A stretch of 64,000 bases of DNA from a virus: IMG/VR virus record IMGVR_UViG_3300042549_009011, positions 83,749-147,748 of that record. One strand, written 5' to 3'. The position numbers and the translations under genes were made by a program. Shown piece by piece: positions 19,324 to 26,518 of the stretch (position 1 is the stretch's first letter; each line of letters opens with the position of its first letter). A model generated the notes under the pieces. It did not search any database, had not been told where the DNA came from, and worked only from the letters and a program-made list of their open reading frames with translations.

Positions 19324-21189
19324 ATGCCACAACTAAACACATCAGCCACAGTAACAGAATTCCTCAACTCTTCGACAGAAGCGCAAATGAGGGCAGCGGT
19401 AGATGTTGTTTCAGAAACGGATTTGAGTTTGCCGAAAAATAATATTCATTCTCGATTAACTATAGTTGATATCAATAATGAATTCGCCGCTGTTATTGCA
19501 GGAAATATTCCAGATGGCGTTTTACAGAATAATACAAATGCAAATAAAATTTTTTGGGGAAATAACGTAATAAGTATTGGAGGCAATGCTTTTAATGGTT
19601 GCAATGGATTAACTGGAGATTTAATTATACCCAATACAGTTACTTCGATTGGAACTTACGCATTTAATGGTTGCACTGGATTTAGTGGAGATTTAATCAT
19701 TCCGAATTCGGTGTCTTCAGTTGATAGTGGTACATTTGCTGGCTGCTCTGGGTTTACTGGAAATTTAACTATTGGTAGTGGGATCACCTCAATTAGTTAC
19801 GGCATGTTCTATGGTTGCACTGGTTTTACTGGCTCTTTAACTATTGGAAATTCAGTTACTAATATTGGACAATATGCTTTTGTAGGCTGCTCTGGTCTTA
19901 GTGGAAATTTAGTTATTCCAAATTCTGTTACCACGATTGAAACTAATGCTTTTTATGGTTGCACTGGTTTTGGAGGTTTAACTCTTGGAACTTCGCTTGC
20001 TACGATTGGCGATAGTGCATTTCAAACCTGTTCTGGATTTACTGGTGATTTAATTATTCCAGATTCGGTTAATGTTATTGCTTTCGATGCATTCAGTGGT
20101 TGTACTGGTTTTAATGGAACTTTAACTCTTGGAACTTCACTTACTTCAATTGGTGGTTATGCGTTTTATCAATGTCTTTTTACAGGCTCTTTAACGATTC
20201 CTAATTTGGTTACTGCGATTGACAGTTATGCATTCAATAGCTGTTCTGGATTTACGAGTTTGACCCTTGGAACTTCGGTTACTACGATTGGTGATCGTGC
20301 ATTTGAGGGTTGCTCTGGATTTACAAGTTTGGACCTTGGAACTTCAGTTACTTCAATTGGGACTTACGCATTTAATAACTGTACTAGTTTAACTGGTGAT
20401 TTAATTATTCCAGATTCTGTAACTACGATTAGTGGAGCCGCATTTAGTAATTGCGGTGGTTTTACTGGTGATTTGATTATCGGCAACGGAGTTACTTCGA
20501 TTGCTTTTGACGCATTTAATAATTGTACTGGATTCACTGGAGATTTGGTCATTGGAAATGCCCTTACCGATATTAGCAGTATATTCGATCCTATGGTCAA
20601 CTTTACTGGAACTTTGACAATCGGCACTTCAGTTGGCAGTATTCCATCTTATGCTTTTAATACGGTTTTATTTACTGGTTCTTTGATTATCCCCGATTCT
20701 GTCACTTCAATTGGCGATCACGCATTCAATAGCTGTACTGGTTTCAATGGAACTTTGACTATCGGTACTGGAGTTACTTCGATTGGTAGTCTAGCGTTTT
20801 ATATTTGCGATGGATTTACGGGTTCTTTGACGATTCCAGATTCAGTGACTTCAATAGGCAATAGCGCGTTTTCTGGTTGCGATGGTTTTACTGGAGGTTT
20901 GACTATTAGTAATTCAGTTACTACGATTGGCGATAGCACATTTGCTGGCTGCTCTGGATTCACTGGAATTTTGAATATATCCTCCCCCATTACCTCAATT
21001 GGCGCTTATGCGTTTAATGGTTGTGTTGGCTTTACAGAAATCAACATTTATGCCGCAACCGCTCCAACAATCGGCAGCAATGCATTTTATGGAATGACGG
21101 GCGTATCTCCAGCAGAAATCCACGTTCCAGTTGGTGCAACTGGATATAGCGCAAGCTATGACGGCTTGACTGTTGTTTATGACTTGTAA
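19324..21189 (+). CDS. BspA-type LRR protein, about 21 repeats
   Basis: Tandem LRR_5 repeats; C-cap nearly identical to 15899 ORF. Confidence 0.9.
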   Translation: MPQLNTSATVTEFLNSSTEAQMRAAVDVVSETDLSLPKNNIHSRLTIVDINNEFAAVIAGNIPDGVLQNNTNANKIFWGNNVISIGGNAFNGCNGLTGDLIIPNTVTSIGTYAFNGCTGFSGDLIIPNSVSSVDSGTFAGCSGFTGNLTIGSGITSISYGMFYGCTGFTGSLTIGNSVTNIGQYAFVGCSGLSGNLVIPNSVTTIETNAFYGCTGFGGLTLGTSLATIGDSAFQTCSGFTGDLIIPDSVNVIAFDAFSGCTGFNGTLTLGTSLTSIGGYAFYQCLFTGSLTIPNLVTAIDSYAFNSCSGFTSLTLGTSVTTIGDRAFEGCSGFTSLDLGTSVTSIGTYAFNNCTSLTGDLIIPDSVTTISGAAFSNCGGFTGDLIIGNGVTSIAFDAFNNCTGFTGDLVIGNALTDISSIFDPMVNFTGTLTIGTSVGSIPSYAFNTVLFTGSLIIPDSVTSIGDHAFNSCTGFNGTLTIGTGVTSIGSLAFYICDGFTGSLTIPDSVTSIGNSAFSGCDGFTGGLTISNSVTTIGDSTFAGCSGFTGILNISSPITSIGAYAFNGCVGFTEINIYAATAPTIGSNAFYGMTGVSPAEIHVPVGATGYSASYDGLTVVYDL

Positions 21190-21200
21190 TTTTTAAATAA

Positions 21201-21228
21201 AAAAAACTCCACCGAAAGGTGGAGTTTA
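21201..21228. terminator. Bidirectional terminator
   Basis: AAACTCCACC-GAAA-GGTGGAGTTT between convergent genes. Confidence 0.85.
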
Positions 21229-21244
21229 TTATTTTTAAGTTTAC

Positions 21245-21646
21245 TTAATACTCAACATAAATAGTCGGCGCTTTGACTTCATAAGATTCCTCAAGACCAA
21301 GAGATTTGAGAACCTTCTTCATCATTCCCGCATCAGCGATTGGCGGCAAATGACCTTTGCTCATATGCTTATACAAATCTTGTCTTAAATAAGCCAAATC
21401 TTCTCTCATCCATTTCATTTGATATTCATGCTCAGAATACATGCTCTTCATAGTGGAATACATATCTTCAGGAGAAGATTCGTCTTCATCCTCATCTTCT
21501 TTTTCCTCGTTCATCACTGGAGAATCGTAAGCAATAGAGATTTCTCCATTATTTTCTTCGATGTGAGCTTTAATGCCAAAATTTTCAGCATCTTTAACTG
21601 CTGCTTCAGCTAATTCCATACTTTGCAATGAGAATGATTTTTTCAT
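21245..21646 (-). CDS. Hypothetical acidic protein
   Basis: ORF with GTGTAA motif 12 nt upstream. Confidence 0.6.
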   Translation of the reverse strand: MKKSFSLQSMELAEAAVKDAENFGIKAHIEENNGEISIAYDSPVMNEEKEDEDEDESSPEDMYSTMKSMYSEHEYQMKWMREDLAYLRQDLYKHMSKGHLPPIADAGMMKKVLKSLGLEESYEVKAPTIYVEY

Positions 21647-21674
21647 ATTTTTTATTTATTACACTAATTTTAAA

Positions 21675-22280
21675 TTATTTTTTACTTTTTTCAATATGGT
21701 AATCGAAGGCTTTCATTAATTCCATGTCAATTTTGTTGAAATAAGAAAGCGGCAAAAGTTTTTTTGGCATTAATTCTATCAAATCTGGAATATATATGGT
21801 AGTAGAATTGGGCCATTTTCTTTTTAAAAAGACATACTGATAAAAGCAGAGATACAAATTTGTTCTTTTAATATACTCTTCATTATTAAAAAGATTCCAT
21901 TTTTTAGAATGTTTTAAAGCTCTCTTTTCACAATCTCTTTCTAAGGCTATAATACCAAGCACATTTTCCCAGCAGTTAATTTCAGTTTTATTTTTAGCTA
22001 AACTGTTCCAGAAAAAAGAAGAATCATATTCCCACAGCTTAGATCCTTCAATCTTTTGCTGCATGTGGGAAAATTCATGAACATATATCTCTTCAAAAAG
22101 AGGGTTCTTAAAAGCCATAACTATTTTGTCTTCATAGCAAAGACCGCCGCATCTTACGCCATCAGAACGAAGAAAATTTGTATTTTTAATAATTATTTTT
22201 TTATCATTCTCTTTTAAGTATTCTTTAGACCAATTAAAGAATTCTTTGAAAGAATCGGAGCATGAATTAATTATTTTCAT
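21675..22280 (-). CDS. HExxH zinc metallopeptidase-like protein
   Basis: VHEFSHMQQ...LERD. Confidence 0.6.
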   Translation of the reverse strand: MKIINSCSDSFKEFFNWSKEYLKENDKKIIIKNTNFLRSDGVRCGGLCYEDKIVMAFKNPLFEEIYVHEFSHMQQKIEGSKLWEYDSSFFWNSLAKNKTEINCWENVLGIIALERDCEKRALKHSKKWNLFNNEEYIKRTNLYLCFYQYVFLKRKWPNSTTIYIPDLIELMPKKLLPLSYFNKIDMELMKAFDYHIEKSKK

Positions 22281-22531
22281 TTTTTTATCCTAGATAAAAG
22301 CTTTGAAAAAAGAATATCTTCTTCTAATGCTTCCCTTATTTTTACATCCAAAATGAAAGAATGGGAGCTATGAACAAAATCTGAGGAGTAAACGAATACA
22401 GATCCATCCTCTTCCTTTAAGTAAAAACATGGCTTCCAATTAAAATTTTCATACAAAAAATGCAAAGCAATTTCTTTTTTATTCTTTTCTGAAATTTTGA
22501 CTTCCTTGGTTTCTGTAACTGTTATTGTCAT
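22277..22531 (-). CDS. Hypothetical protein
   Basis: ORF overlapping next start. Confidence 0.55.
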   Translation of the reverse strand: MTITVTETKEVKISEKNKKEIALHFLYENFNWKPCFYLKEEDGSVFVYSSDFVHSSHSFILDVKIREALEEDILFSKLLSRIKK

Positions 22532-22647
22532 ATTTTTTAATTGAAAATTTATTTAAAATTACTATAATGTATTTTTTCAAAAAAGTAAAGACAAATCATC
22601 TCAAAAACTAAAATCTTGTGTAAAATGGATTAAATATTCTCTTCTTC

Positions 22648-22965
22648 ATGACCAAAGAATTATTACTCAAAGCATTATCTTTTTTAACTTCAATTGGTTT
22701 AGCTGTGTCAAGTTATTTTTTAACAGATACTTACAAAAAAATGGATTCTATGAGGTCTGATATCACAGAATTGCAGATCAAAGCCAGCAGATACGAAGGC
22801 AGTTCTCTTTCTTCTTCTGACTTTATCAAAGCAAGAGAAGTTATTGACTCTCAAATTGTTGCTACAGACAAAAGAGTCATTGCTTTGGAAGAGAATAACA
22901 AAATGATAAGAGAATACTTGTCTGAAATAAAACAAGATATAAAAGAAATAAAATCTAAAAATTAA
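22648..22965 (+). CDS. N-terminal TM + coiled-coil protein (holin/lysis-like)
   Basis: Single TM helix then heptads. Confidence 0.45.
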   Translation: MTKELLLKALSFLTSIGLAVSSYFLTDTYKKMDSMRSDITELQIKASRYEGSSLSSSDFIKAREVIDSQIVATDKRVIALEENNKMIREYLSEIKQDIKEIKSKN

Positions 22966-23026
22966 TAAAACTTGACCTTAAAGGCAATTTGTTTATAATT
23001 GGGTTAATTGTGTGTATATAAGCAAG

Positions 23027-23947
23027 ATGAAACTAAATTTTACAGAAAATTCTCTATCTGCCAAAAGATCTGGTCCAAAAAGTGGCGCACAAACTCCAGC
23101 AGCGCCAAGTGAAAGAAGAAAAGGTTCTGATAAAAACAAAAAAGGAAGCTCAAGCAAAGATGGCGGCAAAATTACATTTTCCGAACAAGTGACTAATGCT
23201 TTAAAAAACAAAGTAGCAGAGCATAATAAAAAATACTCTAAGAAAGTTTCTTTGTCTCAATTAAAAAAAGTATATAGAAGAGGTGCTGGAGCATTTAGTT
23301 CTTCTCATAGAGCCAACATGACTAGGGGGCAATGGGCAATGGCTAGAGTAAATACATTTCTCAAAATGATGAGAGGTGGCAAAGTCAAAGATTCATACAG
23401 AGCGGCAGATCAAGATTTAGCCAAAGGTTCTGTTGATGAAAACAATACAGTAGATTTTTTTGAATTTGATGAATTGGAGCTTGCTTTAGCAAAAGTTGAT
23501 ATAGTTAAATATGGAATCTCAAACAACGAAGCAGATTTCGATATAGAAGACTTAGAATACTCTGAGGCAGAAAAGAAAACTCTTAACAAGCCATTTAGAT
23601 TACCAACAGGCTCAAATAAAAAATTTGGTGTTTATGTGAAAAACCCAAAGACAGGCAATACCTTTATGGTTAAATTTGGCGATCCAAATATGGAAATAAA
23701 AAGAGACGATCCAAATCGCCGTAAGAATTTTAGAGCGCGTCATAATTGCGACACTGCAAAAGATAAAACCACTCCACGTTATTGGAGTTGTAAATTTTGG
23801 AGTTCTAAGCCTGTTTCTTCTTTAGCTTCTACAGAAGAAGTCGAAGGTTATTGGGATGATTCCTCGTTTGAAGAACAAGAAACAATTTTAGCCCAAAATA
23901 AAGAGCTTGATTTTATAAGTATTTTTGTGGAGCAAGAAGATATTTAA
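23027..23947 (+). CDS. Basic two-domain phage protein
   Basis: VYRRGAGA..WAMARVN domain + KFGDPNM..RRKNFRARHNC domain; start 9 nt after GTGTAT. Confidence 0.6.
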   Translation: MKLNFTENSLSAKRSGPKSGAQTPAAPSERRKGSDKNKKGSSSKDGGKITFSEQVTNALKNKVAEHNKKYSKKVSLSQLKKVYRRGAGAFSSSHRANMTRGQWAMARVNTFLKMMRGGKVKDSYRAADQDLAKGSVDENNTVDFFEFDELELALAKVDIVKYGISNNEADFDIEDLEYSEAEKKTLNKPFRLPTGSNKKFGVYVKNPKTGNTFMVKFGDPNMEIKRDDPNRRKNFRARHNCDTAKDKTTPRYWSCKFWSSKPVSSLASTEEVEGYWDDSSFEEQETILAQNKELDFISIFVEQEDI

Positions 23948-23952
23948 AACTA

Positions 23953-24141
23953 TTAATAAATAGTCTCAGAATCTTTTCCTTCGTCAGTAATAACTGAAGC
24001 TTTGCTTTTTTTATCGTCCCATTTACCATAACAGACTGCTGCTCTTTGTTTTTGATCAGGAAACTCTGTTGAAAGGTCAGACATGCAAGAAGAGATAAAA
24101 TCATTCTTAGATTGTTTTTTCTTAGGACTTGGAATAGGCAT
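23953..24141 (-). CDS. Small phage protein
   Basis: MPIP..FISSCM..QRAAVCY pattern; GTGTAA 8 nt upstream. Confidence 0.6.
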   Translation of the reverse strand: MPIPSPKKKQSKNDFISSCMSDLSTEFPDQKQRAAVCYGKWDDKKSKASVITDEGKDSETIY

Positions 24142-24178
24142 GTATATTATTACACTTTAAATATTTTTTTGGAAAAAG

Positions 24179-24252
24179 TGCCTAGAGGGAGACTTGAACT
24201 CCCAAAACCCAGTTTCTAAGACTGGTATGTATGCCAATTCCATCATCTAGGC
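24179..24252 (-). tRNA. trnL: tRNA-Leu(TAG), short variable loop
   Basis: CCAGT-CTTAGAA-ACTGG; cloverleaf. Confidence 0.85.
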
Positions 24253-24258
24253 TAAAAA

Positions 24259-24334
24259 TGGAGGGCGGTGAGGGAATTTAACCCCCTTAAAGATGGGTTG
24301 CAATCATCTGCCTAAACAGTCGAGCCAACCGCCC
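24259..24334 (-). tRNA. trnC: tRNA-Cys(GCA)
   Basis: Loop TTGCAAC, U73, CCA. Confidence 0.8.
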
Positions 24335-24342
24335 TTTGAAAA

Positions 24343-24417
24343 TGGTAGTCCTAGAGAATTTTGAAATCTCAACCTATCAGTTATCAACCGATTGCTCTTC
24401 CTTTGAGCTATAGGACT
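24343..24417 (-). tRNA. trnI: tRNA-Ile(GAT)
   Basis: Loop TTGATAA, CCA. Confidence 0.85.
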
Positions 24418-24424
24418 ATTAAAG

Positions 24425-24500
24425 TGGAGCCTCCTGTCCGATTCGAACGAACGACATGCTCATTACAAATGAGCTGCTCTACCAACTGAGCTAAGGAGGC
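24425..24500 (-). tRNA. trnT: tRNA-Thr(TGT)
   Basis: GCTCA-TTTGTAA-TGAGC, CCA. Confidence 0.92.
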
Positions 24501-24507
24501 ATAAAAT

Positions 24508-24594
24508 TGGCGAGTGGCAGAGGGATTGAACCCCACACCTTGCGGTGCATTTTCTTTAGCAGAGAAACCTAATCACCAGATTAGATTACCACTC
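24508..24594 (-). tRNA. trnS: tRNA-Ser(GCT)
   Basis: Loop CTGCTAA, long variable arm, G73. Confidence 0.85.
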
Positions 24595-24603
24595 ATGAAA
24601 AAT

Positions 24604-24678
24604 TGGTGGGTTATAAAGGAATCAAACCTCTGTTTTGTCGTTCGTAGCGACATGTCCTATTCATTAGACGAATAACCC
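24604..24678 (-). tRNA. trnR: tRNA-Arg(ACG)
   Basis: TGTCG-CTACGAA-CGACA, CCA. Confidence 0.88.
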
Positions 24679-24685
24679 TATAAAA

Positions 24686-24760
24686 TGGTCGCTTGTCACG
24701 GAATCGAACCGTATTATCTGAGGCTTCTCAGCGCAATGTTTCCAGACCTGCCCACAAGCG
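24686..24760 (-). tRNA. tRNA-like RNA with 4-nt anticodon loop (no anticodon)
   Basis: Acceptor CGCTTGT/ACAAGCG, D arm, CTGAG-AAGC-CTCAG, GTTCGATTC, ACCA. Confidence 0.75.
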
Positions 24761-24770
24761 TAAAATTAAT

Positions 24771-24823
24771 TTCCAAGGGTTAGAATGTTTAACTCATGCC
24801 ACCACAGCATGATGCCCTTGGAA
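24771..24823 (-). ncRNA. Small hairpin RNA within tRNA array
   Basis: TTCCAAGGGC/ACCCTTGGAA closing stem with inner CATGC-TGTGGTG-GCATG. Confidence 0.45.
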
Positions 24824-24827
24824 AAAT

Positions 24828-24951
24828 TGGAGCGGCGGCAGAGCGTCACTTCTGTCTTGCAGGGGACTCCGAAATACCCCATGATCTCCTTCTTACTAGG
24901 ACAGTCCAAGATTTACTGTCTTTTAATTCGGGTTTTTGTTGACTATACCGC
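24828..24951 (-). ncRNA. About 124-nt CCA-ending multi-hairpin RNA
   Basis: GCGGT/GCCGC-T-CCA ends; GACAGT/ACTGTC and GGGG/CCCC hairpins. Confidence 0.5.
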
Positions 24952-24961
24952 ATTATAAAAG

Positions 24962-25034
24962 TCCTCCATGTTGGTTTCGATCCAACTACCCGACCCTTAT
25001 AAAGAATCTGCTCTCCCGATTGAGCTAATGGAGG
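24962..25034 (-). tRNA. trnI: tRNA-Ile(TAT)
   Basis: GATTC-TTTATAA-GGGTC; no encoded CCA. Confidence 0.78.
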
Positions 25035-25039
25035 TAAAA

Positions 25040-25113
25040 TGGAGGGACGCAACGGTTATGATCCGTTCCCGCGACATTCACAGAGTCGGATGCTACCACT
25101 ACACTATCGTCCC
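25040..25113 (-). tRNA. trnH: tRNA-His(GTG)
   Basis: Loop CTGTGAA; atypical T loop and U73. Confidence 0.75.
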
Positions 25114-25119
25114 TTAAAT

Positions 25120-25193
25120 TGGTGCATTGTGCGAGAATTGAACTCGCGCCTGATATTTGGAAGAAACCCGTGCTACCGTAACACTTACAATGC
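25120..25193 (-). tRNA. trnG: tRNA-Gly(TCC)
   Basis: Loop CTTCCAA, CCA. Confidence 0.82.
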
Positions 25194-25200
25194 ATAAAAA

Positions 25201-25275
25201 TGGCTCACCGTTTAGGATTCGAACCTAACTGGATCTCCTTAACAGGGAGGTGTCGCGCCTAGCGACCTACGGTGA
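25201..25275 (-). tRNA. trnN: tRNA-Asn(GTT)
   Basis: Loop CTGTTAA, G73, CCA. Confidence 0.9.
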
Positions 25276-25284
25276 TTTGGAAAT

Positions 25285-25359
25285 TGGTAGGGGCGTAGGG
25301 TAATGCTCCCTATTCGTCGAGTTAAAAGCCCGATGCATCACTATTAATGCTTCACCCCC
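25285..25359 (-). tRNA. trnK: tRNA-Lys(TTT)
   Basis: Loop CTTTTAA; T loop AGCATTA. Confidence 0.82.
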
Positions 25360-25368
25360 ATTTAAAAT

Positions 25369-25446
25369 TGGCGCACAGGGTCAAAATCGAATTGACCTCA
25401 CAAAGATTTGGAGTCCTCGTCGCCTAGCCTTGGAACATGCCCGTGC
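25369..25446 (-). tRNA. trnW: tRNA-Trp(CCA)
   Basis: Loop CTCCAAA, G73, CCA. Confidence 0.8.
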
Positions 25447-25455
25447 GTTAAAAAT

Positions 25456-25548
25456 TGGCGGGTGCGGTAGGATTTGAACCCACGGAACGCTCATCACGCC
25501 CAACAGTTTTCAAGACTGCCGCCATAAACCAGACTCGACCACACACCC
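25456..25548 (-). tRNA. trnS: tRNA-Ser(TGA)
   Basis: Loop CTTGAAA, long variable arm. Confidence 0.9.
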
Positions 25549-25556
25549 GTAAAAAA

Positions 25557-25646
25557 TGGTGCGCCCCACTAGAATCGAACTAGATGCCCATTAGGGAGCG
25601 GATTTACAGTCCACCGTAAGCCCAGCTTACCTTATTTATGAGACGC
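25557..25646 (-). tRNA. trnY: tRNA-Tyr(GTA), expanded acceptor-D linker
   Basis: Loop CTGTAAA, variable arm, CCA. Confidence 0.78.
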
Positions 25647-25651
25647 GAAAT

Positions 25652-25725
25652 TGGTGGCTCCTCCGTGAGTTGCACACGAACCTACAGATTCAAAGTCTGT
25701 CGCGCTTCGATTACGCTAAGGAGCT
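25652..25725 (-). tRNA. trnQ: tRNA-Gln(TTG)
   Basis: ACAGA-CTTTGAA-TCTGT, CCA. Confidence 0.82.
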
Positions 25726-25734
25726 ATTATAAAT

Positions 25735-25810
25735 TGGTAGGACAGGTGGGATTTGCACCCACACCTTGAGAGCGTATGAGACTCTTGCACACTTATATGC
25801 TTGCTGTCCA
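25735..25810 (-). tRNA. tRNA with CAT anticodon (Met or Ile2)
   Basis: AGAGT-CTCATAC-GCTCT; U1:U72 mismatch. Confidence 0.75.
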
Positions 25811-25820
25811 GTTGAAAAAA

Positions 25821-25892
25821 TTGCGGAGGCAGGAGTCGAACCTGCTTACGATGCTTATGAGACACCTTTCTGAACCCTTCGAATTCCCCGCG
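25821..25892 (-). tRNA. tRNA-fMet-like (CAT)
   Basis: CGCGGGG/CTCCGCA with C1:A72 mismatch; loop CTCATAA. Confidence 0.75.
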
Positions 25893-25902
25893 ATTATAAA
25901 AT

Positions 25903-25985
25903 TGATCCCCAACCAAAAGTAGTCTTTGTCGCCCTACGTATGAGCTTACAGATCGGGGCATGAAGCCCCTTGTCCTTTTGGTGGG
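25903..25985 (-). ncRNA. About 80-nt structured RNA within tRNA array
   Basis: CCCACCAAAAG/CTTTTGGTTGGG closing stem, GGGGC-TTCAT-GCCCC hairpin, ends ATCA. Confidence 0.45.
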
Positions 25986-25990
25986 AAAAT

Positions 25991-26088
25991 TGGTCTAGGT
26001 AGAGGGATTCGAACCCCCGAAGGACGGACACTTACCGCCCTCAACTGATTCCAAGTCAGCCACATTACCAAGCTATGTCAATACCTAG
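25991..26088 (-). tRNA. trnP: tRNA-Pro(TGG) with long variable arm
   Basis: Loop CTTGGAA; C1:G72, A73; 8-bp variable stem. Confidence 0.82.
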
Positions 26089-26094
26089 TGAAAT

Positions 26095-26169
26095 TGGTCA
26101 TGCATACGGGGAACGATCCCGTAGTCTCTTGAGTGAAAGTCAAGCGTGTTACCATTACACTAATGCATG
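26095..26169 (-). tRNA. trnE: tRNA-Glu(TTC)
   Basis: CTTGA-CTTTCAC-TCAAG, CCA. Confidence 0.85.
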
Positions 26170-26181
26170 TTAAAAAATTTA

Positions 26182-26358
26182 CCAGTTGCCTCGATTTCCA
26201 AGGCTAACACGGGACTGGAAGCTCCGCACAAAAAATACTTTAAAATCATTCTAGTCAGACTTTTAACTGCTATCTCGTTATCAACGAACGTTAAGGATTT
26301 TTCAGCCTTCCCTTTGGCTTTCATGGCTAGATCAAGTTTTCGTCTAGCGATTTAAAGT
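26182..26358 (-). ncRNA. Structured RNA leading the tRNA array
   Basis: ACTTTAAATCGCTAG pairs with CTAGAATGATTTTAAAGT; internal hairpins; separate CCAGT/ACTGG hairpin. Confidence 0.4.
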
Positions 26359-26359
26359 G

Positions 26360-26387
26360 AACTTATCTTAATTTGTAATTTTGTCAA
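26360..26387 (-). promoter_or_regulatory. Sigma70-type promoter for tRNA array
   Basis: TTGACA-16-TAAGTT, same spacing as many other promoters in the window. Confidence 0.6.
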
Positions 26388-26388
26388 T

Positions 26389-26442
26389 AAAAAAACCCAA
26401 CTTTTTTAAGGTTGGGCTAAAAAAACTAAAAATTTAACCCAA
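26389..26442 (-). terminator. Terminator with overlapping antiterminator (putative attenuator)
   Basis: GCCCAAC/GTTGGG+U7 terminator; alternative 10-bp TTGGGTTAAA/TTTAGCCCAA. Confidence 0.7.
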
Positions 26443-26447
26443 AAACT

Positions 26448-26513
26448 TTACACGACCCACCCGCAGCGATTAATCACTGGCTGGCTTTTGAGATATGTAA
26501 ACGAATAATGCAT
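26448..26513 (-). CDS. Putative 21-aa leader peptide MHYSFTYLKSQPVINRCGWVV
   Basis: ATG 5 nt after upstream stop; TAA just before antiterminator arm; 17 different amino acids. Confidence 0.65.
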   Translation of the reverse strand: MHYSFTYLKSQPVINRCGWVV

Positions 26514-26518
26514 TAAAA

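Noticed and set aside
17730-20990. Antisense ORFs within the LRR genes
   Set aside because: Mirror frames of repeat codon bias; the other short antisense ORFs in the track were dropped for the same reason.
16340-21189. Diversity-generating retroelement at the duplicated LRR C-termini
   Set aside because: Differences are mostly synonymous and not adenine-specific; no reverse transcriptase in the window.
24846-25961. ORFs 24846-25052 and 25716-25961
   Set aside because: They overlap tRNA genes and are spurious.
24179-26169. Stop-codon reassignment or suppressor tRNAs
   Set aside because: No CTA, TTA or TCA anticodon; genes are intact in the standard code and end with all three stops.
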